DNA of 64,000 nucleotides from Raillietiella orientalis (Eukaryota), in contig JAYWIR010000001.1 in the NCBI GenBank assembly GCA_036172245.1, positions 12,028,001-12,092,000 of the forward strand, read 5' to 3'. Below, piece after piece: positions 52,490 to 64,000 of this stretch; position 1 is the stretch's first letter, and every line of letters begins with the position of its first letter. A model generated the notes under the pieces. That model did not search any database, was not told the origin of the DNA, and saw only the letters and a list, made by a program, of their open reading frames with translations. Both the position numbers and the translations under genes were made by a program.

Positions 52490-54930
52490 TTTCTTGCGCG
52501 GTCACGCCGGGACGTTTTCATAAACCAGCTGGAAACGGCTGTGTCCAGCCAACGACTACAAAAACCACAACGGAAAGACACCACGGCTATGCAGGCCAGG
52601 ATAACAGTGGGTCCGTAACGGGTGGGAGGAAGAGCACTACAAACAAAAAAAAGAACAATCTAAATGGCGCGAAAAGGACAGAGATCTTTGGTGATGCTCC
52701 GTATTCACCAGAAAAGGAAAAAAAGAAAGTGAAAGCACTAAAACACTTCGGAGCGAATGGGTGGTGGGCGCGAAAACAAAAATAAAAATAAAGGAAATTG
52801 GCGTTGATCACCGGGATCATCGTTCGAGACCGTAAGTTATCCGGCTATAGATGCCGATGAGTTCTTCGGTTGTGTCTGATCAAGTGGTGCCACCTAAATC
52901 CGCGCTGATGAAGTCGGCTGCCTTTCTGGTGACACAACATCGCTGCCCAGTGTTCTTCAGCACGTCTCTCACGGTGACGATGGCGCGGATACAACCAACG
53001 GTCCAGATCTTCTCTGATGTCGAAAGTCCTTGTGGTTGGAGGAACCGTCACAGCATTTCACAAGCGGTGTCACCCGGTTGTAGGAGTGCTGCTGCCAACC
53101 TCCGCCAGAGTTCGTGCTGGGCAACACAGTCCAAAAAATGGTGCGGGAACGACTCCGTTGCCCAGAACCGGGCACAGTAGGGGAAAATCACCCCACCGGA
53201 AACTCGGTGTTGCCGCTCATTGTGATGTTAAGCCCAGTGCTAGACAAGCAAAGCGTGTTGCCTCCAGGAAAGGGGAAACACCGAACCGTCCAAACAGCAG
53301 GGAGGGAATATCAGTTACTCCGGGTAAACACCAAGAGCTTCTCGCCAGCGAAGAAGTCCTTTTGCCGTAGCCCAAGAGTGGCGGCACCCTCCAGCTCGCT
53401 CGTATCTAAGGCCTTGAAGTCTCTCACTTTTCAATGAGCAATGCCTACGTTTGCAGATTTTAGCCACCGCTTGCCGAGCTCGCAGGAAAGGTGCGTCCTG
53501 GAGCTGTGGCGCAGACTACCTCTAGGCACGTAGGTGTTTGTGAGGAGAAGATTGATCGGGTTAGACTAATCCAGAAGAAACTGCTTCACTCGGCCTTCCT
53601 AGTGGAAACGTGAGCTTTGCGTACGACGCACTGCACGGACGGCTTAAAAACCCGCGCGAGTGTGTAGTCCCGCTCCGACAGCGTAGCGTCCTCGCTGATC
53701 TTCTATCGATGTCCTCAACTCCTTTCTGAGAAATCTGGCGCGTCTTCTAAAGCAGAGAGAGGTCAAAAGGGCGCAAAGTTTCCTCTACCGCACGCCTTTT
53801 CTCGTCATCTTGCACCTCTTTGACATTCCAACAGGCGAAGCGCAAGCGACTAGAGGAGACGAGGGTGCGAGTTACGGCTGGAAAGATGACGGGAAGGGAC
53901 TCACCTCGTTCTCTGGGAGATTGGTGCATGGTCATGACGGGTACCAGATCATCCATGGACTCCTGTCTATGCCTGCTGGATGACGCTCTTTGCCACAACC
54001 TTCCTTGGAGGTGTTTCGCGAGGCCAATTCCATGCCCTTTTGCTACACCTTTTCTGTCGCTTCCCGTCTTCAGACCTTGAGCTTCAGCCCTCGCGCGAAG
54101 GATGCAGCGTTGCTTACGGCAGCAATGGAATCCGACTCTTCCTCGGAGTTCGAAGCTTGCGATTCCTCATTCGCCGCTTCTTACCATAAGCAACGCTTCC
54201 GTGAGTTACGAACCATAAATCATCGGTTACTCTTACTTGTACGCTTTTTGAGGTCTTCACCGCAGCATCGTCGCACCGTCTCAAGACGACCTTGCATTTC
54301 CACAAGAGCGGTGCAGTACGGCTCGCCTTCAGCGTTCCTCTTGAGCGTGACCCATTGGGCGCCTTTTTGGCGCCCAATGGGTCACGCGTTCCTTCATGCG
54401 CATTCGGAGGCGCTCGCGACGCAGCTTGCTATTTGTCTTCCTAAAAATAGTTGTACAGGAGGCGCGCTCGTCGTCAGGGTTCTCTCCAGTTCCTTTTCAG
54501 GGGAAACCCTCGTTTCTGAATTGGTCCCTTGCAACGCGGAGGTCGCGTTGCGGGTCTCAGACCGCTTGGAGATAGGCCGGGAAGCCTCCGCTGAAAACGC
54601 AGGGCATGCCCGTTTCATGTGCACAAGCTGCTTGAAGTAGCGACAATCGATTCTCTGACATCTCATCCTGAGATATGCTGCTTCGTCGCACTCTTTGCCA
54701 ACACTGACTTCCGCTCAAACAGGAAATGGACGTTTCCCTCACCGGTCTTCAGTTGACGGGGAATTTTCTTTCTACCGGAGGATACACGCGCGCAGCGAGC
54801 ATGCTCAAAAGGCCGGGAGCAAGGAAGGGAAACCTTAACAGAGCATAGACTTCTTTTGCACCAGAGGGCGTGGACGATGGACGATTTCTCTGTCCACGGA
54901 TTTGTGATGGACACTTCCGCACATATTTCA
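52490..54930 (-). mobile_element. L1/Tx1-like (family 2) copy F, internally deleted (ORF1 knuckle, APE start, 3' end)
   Basis: Knuckle-like CRYFKQLVHMKRACP, APE N-terminus RLRFACWNVK, zinc-finger region at about 53170, and a 3' hairpin at about 52495-52520. Confidence 0.7.
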
Positions 54931-55499
54931 CTGACTTATTGGCGCAGACTCAGGAAAGGATTCTCGTCTGATAGCAAGCGGATCAGAAAAGTTTTTTCCT
55001 GCTGAGAGGTGAGTCATCTCTGAGTGCGTCGATTGCACCCCAACCTTTCCTAAAAATCAACCCTGTTAGGTGTTGACAACTGAGGGGCGTGTAGACGTTC
55101 GTCATGACGAGGTCCATCGTGTCAGGTCAGTTGAGCACCACTGACCGATCTGACTGTCCTCGTCGAAGAGAAGGAGTGGCATCACCTAACTTAGGTGAGG
55201 ATTGGGGAGAGACATGCGACTGCAAAGGTGTTTACATAGCCGCACTTAGCCTCAAAGGGTAAGTCAACTGCATGGAGAGAGGGTGCATATCCTGCAAGAA
55301 CAAGAGGTCAAAATTCCAGAGATATTCCGCAAGCGCTCACCTCTTCCCTCCATGCCACACAGGCTGCTGATGTTCCACGCAGCTGCGAGGGTTGTGCTCA
55401 CGAAGGCTCTCCACTGAGGTGCGTCGGGTGTGGATTTGTTCTCCTTTCTAAACAATAAACTTACAAACGATGTGAGGACTCTCGGTTCTGCCACATTCA

Positions 55500-57700
55500 G
55501 TACATACGTACATACCCGTCGACAAGTCAGTACGCAGACCAGTGCAGTTCGCTTCGGCAGCAGAGGAGAGAAGGGTAAGAAAATGAAACAGAAGCAAGTG
55601 AGAATGCAAATAAGACCTTTGGATGGATCCGAAGAGATGCTGATCCTCTCACTGTGCCTTTTATTCACCTGCAATGGTAGGTCGTACAGCCCCTGGAGGA
55701 ACAGTACCCAGGGACTCATCTTCTGAGGAGGAGGCATAGCTGTGACTGCACACGATTCCTCGTGCGTTCCTTCCGATACTCTTACCCTTCCTAACGCTTC
55801 CTCACTGGGAACCACTTTTATCCTAGGAGCTTGGAGATTCCTTCCTTAGTCCGGACAAAGCAATTTTATCGAGCTGACGTACTTCATTTCGCACTCGAAT
55901 GTCGATGTTTAATGCTATCTCTGCCATGAGGAACTTTTTGAGGGGTTCTGTGCTCCTTCGGAAGCATCAGCTTCGAGGAATCCGCGTGCAGGGGGAGTGG
56001 TTTCAGTAGTGTCACTATTTGCCACCAGTGCGCTTCCATATCTAGAGATCTCCTTGACTGCTGCTTGATTGCTGCTTCCAGTCCGAGCGCGACCTTTTTT
56101 GTGCCCGCGTTTTTTTCCTAAAAAATTCTGGTTGTGGTGCACTCTTTTCGCTAGCAATAGTTTGCCACGTTGCCTGCAAGTGCCGGATTATCGCAGCTTG
56201 ACCACAGTGAGTGCTCCCGGTGTTCATGCACGTGTCTCACCTTGCAGGGCCTACAACTTTAGGATTGACCGCGTACCACATATAGACGATTTCGTCGTCC
56301 ATGCACTAGTAAGATGGGCTACCTATTTGCTGCACGCATACTCGTTTCTGCCAGCCCTATGAATGTGTTGAAAGGCCGGTATGGCACTTGTTCTGCGCCA
56401 AACCGCATGAACAGCGCCAAACTTAGATAGTCACCACCGCATCCTTCTGCATACTGGTAGAGACTCTTCTTCGGATGGATCCACACTGATTTGTCCTTAG
56501 GGATGGAAAAGGTCGCATTTCTCAGTTTTACACACATTAGTAGCTTTAATATGCGCTGGACCAACGCGAACTGCATAGCTCCACCAAGCTGCCGCCAGCA
56601 GACGTTACCAGCACTCGTTCAGCGCACTCCAAAACGTTGGACTCCCTGAACGAACAGCATGCAGATCAGATCAGTGGTATCAGATCTTGTATGTAAGGGT
56701 ACGTTTGTACCATTGGGCAGAAGAAGCCCTGGTCTGCTTGTTCATGTCTTTATCTCTGCTGACTGAAGGGGCTACTGTCTCCGGAGAGGTCTCCGACGCG
56801 GCTTTTGCAACAGGGAATTCGTCAGTCCCAACTTCGGATATTTAATAATTGATATGCATGGATATTTGCAGGGGAGTGAATTCACGTTCGGGGGTCCTCC
56901 AAGATGTGAAACTTCTCTTTGCCATCCAGATCTTAGTGGAACTAGAAGGAACTGCTTACCCTGTAGGATCAGCCGAACGGAATGCACACAGAGAGGGTTA
57001 AACACGTCCGCACCGCCCCGGGTCAACCTGTGAAAAGGCGTTCTTCATAGAGCACATCCCAACATTTCTAGCCATCAGAGCGGGTTTCACTGCCCGAGAA
57101 TGTGAAGTTACAGCGTTCGCCAGCTCGCTCGCTTTGCGGCTGTGAACTGCTTCCAACCTCCCATCGTTCGGAAGAACTATCACCACCCCTCCGGCTGCCG
57201 ACCTTCCTCTAAGCGCAGATAGGGCGGTGAAGAGTTCTCGCCTAAGTAGCACACGAGAAAAAAACAAAGCTCTAGAGGTTGGTTGTCATCGAGAAAAATG
57301 GACAAAAATCATCAAGCCATCAAGGTGAATCCCCAAGGAGAATCTATCTACCACCTCCATGTGCACAGTGTGCATGGCCTGCTCCTGTTGACAGGAAAAG
57401 ACCTTGCTCTAAAAGCGCTAGGATTTTCAAGGAATTCCTTTGAATGAAAGGCCGTTCAAAAGATCAATTTGCTAATTACTCATTGTGCTTCGAAGAACAC
57501 TTCGATATGTTTGAAATGATTTGCATGAAAGGAAGATGGAGGCAGATTTTAATAGGTGGGGGATCGCCTCTGTTTCCACAACTTCATTCCAGCGAAGTAA
57601 ATCTGACAGAGAAATAACGAAACAGGAAGATTTTCAAAATCCATGTGACGCGTCACGAAATGTGCATAACTGCGAAACATATGTTTTCTTTACGTAAGGT
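55500..57700 (+). mobile_element. Possible highly decayed Penelope-like retroelement
   Basis: Weak, frameshifted motifs in the expected order: LDGSEEMLILSLCLLF, VHALVRWATYLL, ILVETLL...FVLRDGK, LNEQH, and a GIY-YIG-like IYHL/CTVCMA at about 57345-57380. Visual similarity only. Confidence 0.3.
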
Positions 57701-59611
57701 AAAAACGTTACTGCTGTTCGTGGATTACCTTCTATTTGGGTGGCGCTTTGAATGGGTTGCTGCTATCAAGGAATACATGAGAGCAGTGATGCATCCAGAC
57801 CACGAAAAAGATAAATGTTCGCCGGTTAGAAAAAAAAAAATGCAGCTGCGGATTGGAAATAATTAAATTCTTTCCTTACAAGGAACAAATGGATCTTGGG
57901 AAATGTGGTTGGCATCTGCGAACATGACGCAGGTTTTGTTTTCCATCACTTCTATTGAGGCTCAACCATTTCGCGATGACCACATGTGAGATGCCCTGAT
58001 GGTTTAGCTGGGAGCACTTGTACAGCGACCAAATCTGTATTTATTCTCATGAAATAGCGCTCAATTCCGAGTTCACTCTTCCCGTTTACGTGGTGTTTCG
58101 TTGCTATATCGAAGTCTCCAGTAGGCAATCCACAAGAATACAAGCAAGATGATTCTTCTGAGGATGCACATGGTGAGAACTTTTTGCATTCCTTACGCTG
58201 CAGTCGGGAGGAGCGGAAAAGCCTGCCTGGCCACTCTTTACTGGAACCAGCGCATAGGAGCGTAAGATTGACTTCTCCACTTCCTTTCCTGCTTCGCGAC
58301 AGAGTGAGGGCCTCAACCTGCATCTGAGGATGCTTGCACAGCCAGAGACTCATACTTTCCGGATTGTCAACCGCGATTGGCAATAGGCGACAGTTCGCTC
58401 CTTATTTGCGTATTGGGACACCAAACCGTATCCCGAACCGCTGTGCAATGCGGCCACCGCATTGCCACTACTCAGCGGTAGTACCCTGGGGTGCGGGCTG
58501 AGCTCATCTTGGAGCCTACCTTCCATAACCACGATTCGAAGTATACTTGGATTACAACGGATGTAATAACAACGATCTTTGTTAAATTCTCTAGCTGATG
58601 CGGGAGGTACGCTTGCGGGACTGGAGCTGAAGACACCTCTGGTAAGACATCATGAGCAGCAGACTCGTCGTAAAGGAGTCTGATGCTCAAGATTCCTTAC
58701 CGGTGATACGCGAAATCTCAGAAGGCTTCTGAGATTAAGGTGAACCTTGTGATGAGATCATAGGGAACTTGGATGCGCATAGACACGGAACTGGAGGTAT
58801 TAGCTGAAATCCTTGGGTTCTTCAAGTGCAGCCGCAAGCAATTCCTTGTGCTGCAATATTGAAAAACACTCTTTGTTGCTCTGGATGATTCCCACACACA
58901 TGCGGAAACGGGGTGGGTGCAGAGCAATTGCGTTCTCTTGCAATTCCGAATCGTGGATCCCACCAGGGATCATGCACCACAAGATGGAAAAGATTTTCTC
59001 CTCCGAAAATCACACGTTTTAGCTGCTTATGCTGGTGGCTGTTCTTTTCCACGAAGTGAACATGTCTGTGGCAAAGGCTCTGAAGCTTCGCCAGGCCCCT
59101 AATGACCTGGTATTTTGGAATCCTACTGGGAACTGTTCATTTGTCCTCGAAGTTCCTGAGGGAGGGGCTAAGGAAAAAGCGGTTTGCAAGCAAGGATGGG
59201 GACTTTTAGATTCGACAGGAAAAGATGCTGCATACTGCTCCGTTTATGTTTTGGTAGGAAGACAATACACTTTGAGAAATGTCATATCGGTTTTCACAGA
59301 CTGTTGCCCAAAAACCCGTGGATGTAAACGTCATCCTCCATGGAGGTCCTAAACATTGTTATTGCGCATTCCAACTTGCAGACAGGTAAGAGACCGGCAC
59401 GGAAGCACCCAAACCACCCCTGATAGAGATTCTTCTCTCTCAAAGAAAGATAATTCTTATTTTGAACAAAACTTTATTTATTTCAGTACCATAAAATCCA
59501 CTCACAAATACCTGGAACTAACAACTCCGTTCCGTGCAGAATGCGTGTATTATAAAAACTCAAAATGCTGGGTGGAATTCATTCCTGAAATCAGGAAAGA
59601 TGCAGCCCGCA

Positions 59612-59680
59612 ACGGTGATGACGATGGTGATGATGACGACAATGACAACCATGATGATGAAGATGATGACAAGTAATGAT
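59612..59680 (+). repeat. Imperfect (GAT/GAC)n microsatellite
   Basis: ggtgatgacgatggtgatgatgacgacaatgacaaccatgatgatgaagatgatgac. Confidence 0.7.
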
Positions 59681-62574
59681 GAGAGAAGTGATAATATTCT
59701 GCCTCGTAGTGATGAATTAAAGCTTTATCGTTCTTTATTTATTCTCATTTTATTTATAAAGCGGCATCATCCAACAGGCTCATCATCTGCAGAGCATTCA
59801 GCCGTTAGACCAACAGGTCCACGTCTTTCAAGTCTCCACGAACAGCAGTGCACACATTAATTCCTGCTCGCAATAGCGATCCGTGCGAGGCAAAGGTCAC
59901 CTGACCTGTCTGTGCGCTGCCTTCAGTACTGTTACTGACAGCTATGCAGCTGCGGTTATTTTATGGCTCCCTACAAGAATATTTCTCGCCAGGAGTGCGA
60001 CGTCTTCCTTGATGAATGGGGAGCGAACTCGCTGTTTCGCCGTTGGGAAGCACACCCGGTGCTGAATAGGTTTTCAGGATCTCGAGCCTGCGGCAAGCAG
60101 CCGAAAAGCGATGAATAAACGGAAAGAACGAAGCTGACGACCTAGGATGACCACCAGCGATGCAGAAGCAATCACGGCAGTCACGCACGTTCCGAGAATC
60201 GCTTACTTGGTACGCAAAACGTGAATGTTGCACCTGGCATCATTTACATCTAAATGGTGATGATAATTTCCACAAAAAAACCTAGAATAATGACGTAGCT
60301 TTCAAATTCCCTGAGTTTCGGTTAAGGCTGAATACGTATGTGGGACCTCCCTCGTTATTTGTTTGCAACATGAAATTGCATCTCTGAAATTATATCAGAA
60401 TTGCAAGCATTCTTGAGCTTCTGCATCACTTGAAAACATCCAAAGTTGTGTCTCTGTGAAGCACTGAGCCTGCCTTCTCAGAATTGTAAACTTGAGATGA
60501 ACCAAAACATGTTCCTCCTTTGAGCCACATGTACACTGCTTTCAGAAGGGAGGGTGAACACAAACCTCAGAATGTTTCTCCAGAATGTCCTGTTTCAAGC
60601 CAGAAGTCGGGGAATCACGATGGTTGAGCCAGGCTTCTGCAGCAAGCACCTTAATTCTTGGAATGGGATGGCCCAAATTCGAGTTTCCACTTGAAACTTG
60701 CGAGCTTTTCTGCAGAGAATGCAAATAAAAAATGGCAAGCATGTCTGCTCGAGCTTCTCAGACGCTTCCTACAGATGATGCACTGTAGGCACCTTCACAG
60801 AGAATGGAAAGTATTCTTGTGCCAAATGTGCTTGTAGAGGAAGTAGTTGATCAAATTTTCAGTGTTTCTAGCATGCCGTTCTTTTCCGTTCATGGGGCAC
60901 ACCTTTGATTCTTCGAGTACGCAGTCTTGGTGTCAACAATGGAACACGAAGGCACATCCCCATTACTTCTTACCAAGTTCTTGCCAGTTGGAGATCCCAG
61001 AGGCGATGGAAATGTTTCACATGCCCTGTATACGCCACTCAGGTAAGCAGAGGCAATCTTTTACTGATTCTCGTTTCCGATGACTTCTCTGAAGTATCTT
61101 CCCACTTCTTCCTTAATCTATTTTCGACTCTCTTGTCACCTGCACCATAAACATGCTCGCCACCTACTCTCCTCTCCTTCCCTTTCTCATTAACTTTCCT
61201 TTTACGACTTTGAAGGCAACCTACCTCCATCCATCACATTCCTTCAATCTCACCAATCCAATGCAAGCAATATGGAGATGAAAGACATCATCCCCTCTCC
61301 CTCTATTCGTAGAAACCAGAAAACTCAAAATTCAACCCATATGATTTTCTCTGTGACTCACAGACAACATCACCACTGGACAAATTCTCATGTTTGTATT
61401 CTAAAATGACCCCATCATCCTCATACCTCAATTCCCAATTGTTGTCATGGAAGTAACTGTAGGACTTATTCAAGCTTACAGCTTTTCTACCCTAACCTCT
61501 CAATGTACAAAAATGCACTCCATATCAATACACCAACTGCTTACTTCTCACCCCTGCAACCACAACCCAACCTTCATATGTTCTCAGCGCCACTGATCAC
61601 CCCTTCACTAACCTTCACATACAGATGAACATAACCACCTTATGTTCTTTTGCAAAATCACAATTTTCAGTAGATTTCTTTGGAAGAACAGGGGTCTTAA
61701 ATCCTGCATATTCTTGCAAAAATAAAAAATCCATTCAAAATTGCAGCATTCAAATCTATTCTGTAAGAAACTCTTTCATCCATTTCTTTCTTTTAAACAT
61801 TCCTCAATGTTAGATTGAGAGCAAAGTGAGAATTCAACTTTACCAGACATTCATCTGACTGTTCATGCCATCCATAGAAATTCTGTCTTTGCTCCACAGT
61901 TTTCATTGTCATGGTAATCCAAAGTCTTTAAGTAATTACAGGCCTTCTTTGTGTTACTCTCAATTTATTTTGAATTTTCATGTTTTCACTTACCCATATC
62001 CACTGTCTTCTTGAGGTCACTCTGTGTAACTGACACATCATGGATGTTGTATGACTATTCCTCCTTCCAGTTCCATACTTATGATCATAGCAGCATCCTC
62101 AATATAACAAATAGAGAACATGTTTCTCAATCAAAACAAATACCCTCAGACAAAATTACAATTGATATGAACTCAGGCATACCACTGTTAGTGCTATTCA
62201 TTTCCTCAACTCAAAACACATGAGATTATCAGTAGACTGTCCATCAGTCTGCTAAGCACGCTGAATACTTTGCCGCGTTTGTAAGCTCGAAAGACGAATC
62301 CTTCGCAACCCATCTACAATTGTAGCTAAAATAATAGCATCTGTCTTTAGAAAACAAGCATTTTTACCCTTGCGCCATATGATCACCACATGAATCTCAG
62401 GGCAGTCAGCTACTGGTCAGTTCACTTAATGAAACACATCCAAGGATGTTTAATAGTGACCACAAATATTGAATTGACCATTTTCGCTCTTCTGCAGTGT
62501 AAGGGAACAGAACTCTTCTTTTCACCTTTGGGATATAGAATGGACACTAACCCTAAAGCACATTTCCGAAGAAA

Positions 62575-64000
62575 AACACGGGCGGCCGTCCATCCGCTCC
62601 GATGGCCATTTTTTTTCCCAACGGACTTGTCCGAGCCCGTCGGAAGCCTCGCGAGATGAAGAGCCCGTCGCGCGGCCCGGAGGTGGAGGTGGGCGGATCC
62701 GAGGGGCTCTCCACGTGCGCCCCGCCGTCGTCGTGCTGCCGCCTTCCCTCCCGCCCCGTCCTCTCCCAGCTCCGACGACGACGACGACGACGACGACGCA
62801 CGGACCAGCGGCGCCCTCTCGGGGAGGACGCCGGAGTAAGTGCGGACGGCGTCCGAGCCGCTCACGGAGGACGCGCGCGGGAACTTTGAGGCAGACGGCA
62901 GCGTCCCACCGACGTCCTTTCTACCCATCGCCACCCTGCTACAACAAGCGCGGGCGCCAGCAACCGGTCTCCTCCCGAACACTCGCCGGGCGGATCTCTT
63001 CGCAGAGCCGAGGCCTTCTCCGAGGGGAGGAGCGCCTCGGTTGGCCTGTGACTCGTCCCCCTTCCCGCGCCGAGCGATGGCGCCCGCAGCCCTGCTCGGG
63101 AGCAGTCTCTTTGCTTGCCCGCGCGGACGGTCGCTAGCGAATCCTCCGCGAGAGGAGCAACTGCGACGTTCCCAGGACACCGTCGCGAGCGCAGACGCAA
63201 AAGGACCGTCCCCATCTAGGAGAGCAGTCGCCGCCTCGAGAGTCTCCAGCGGAAGGCACGCGCTGCCAGAGACGCTCCGCTGGAACCGCCTCTGAGCGCT
63301 CGCTCGCACCGCCGAGGCGTCCTCTCCCGCACTTGCGTCTCCAGGGAACCGACACGGCTCCTCCGCTCCCAGAGGGGGAACGAAGTGCCTCCCTCCGCAT
63401 GGGGAAGGAAGGCGGGCTGGCGGGCTTTCGGCAGACCGTCGAGCGAGCGGTCGGTCGCACGCGGTGCTGCGTCCTGGCGTTGGTGCTCGCGTGGACGCCC
63501 ACCTGCGCAGGTGGGCAGCGGATGAGGCGGCGGGTCGAATTCGGGTTCCCCGGAACCCAGGCGACGTGCGTCCCCGAGCAGATGCCGCCGTTCGCGCATG
63601 AGAGTTTCCCGCCTCCCGCGGAAGGGGTCATAGCCGGCAAGCGAGGGTGAACGCAGTGGCGCAGCCGGTGCCGCCCGCTCGGGTGCCTCCTCCTCCGTGC
63701 TGCCGCCGTCACGATGGCTTCGTTTCGCTGACCTTGGCCGAATGAGCCCGAAACTTCCGCCACGTGCCGTTGGCACGGACGGCGGCGCTCCACGGGTCCG
63801 ACGTTGCCGACGGTTAGAGCAGCAACGATGCAGCTTCCGAACATAGCACGGCGCAAGCGGAATCTCCAGCGCCGTAGTCGGTGGTTCCCAGTTCCTGGCG
63901 TTCTGCTCCAGCGGGGGGATGGCGACCGTGCTGCAGCACACACAATGCAGACGTCATCCGTCGTGAGAGCGAGTGGGGCGCGGCCGGATTCGCTCTGAGC
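62575..64000. other. Abrupt GC-rich block with a (GAC)n tract, identity unknown; runs off the window end
   Basis: Sharp change from AT-rich to very GC/CpG-rich sequence at about 62575. (CGA)8 at about 62773-62796. No recognisable protein or conserved rRNA core. Confidence 0.6.

Noticed and set aside
54961-54975. TCTCGTCTGAT match to 5S rRNA
   Set aside because: Only about 11 nt with no flanking similarity, consistent with chance.
57950-59350. Degenerate APE endonuclease of another LINE (IGNLDAH resembling GDFNAH)
   Set aside because: One weak motif amid many stops is not enough to call.
62422-63998. Long overlapping ORFs (295, 269 and 241 aa) as genes
   Set aside because: Low-complexity Arg/Ala/Gly/Pro content and open frames on both strands are expected from high GC. 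No domain is recognisable.

Overview
Eukaryotic (invertebrate metazoan) genomic DNA with very short introns of about 40-50 nt. A clade I nematode-like host is plausible but not established. The left half (about 1-27 kb) is AT-rich. It holds an internally deleted piggyBac with a nested LINE fragment, three spliced host genes (Rabaptin-5, a FUN14/FUNDC protein, and an NHE6/7/9-type Na+/H+ exchanger containing a 49-nt U12-type AT-AT intron) and a solitary 5S rRNA gene. At 27.5-28.7 kb lies the most notable element: an endogenised CRESS-DNA (circular ssDNA) virus fragment. It has a decayed HUH/SF3 Rep split by a GT-AG intron, and an intact TAGTATTAC stem-loop replication origin. From about 30 to 59 kb the window is a nested retroelement graveyard: two L1/Tx1-like families (one inserting antisense into itself), a hAT element, a NeSL/Utopia-like R2-superfamily element and a probable decayed Penelope-like element. 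The window ends in an unexplained, abruptly GC-rich block. All calls come from reading the sequence and recalling family motifs; no searches were run.
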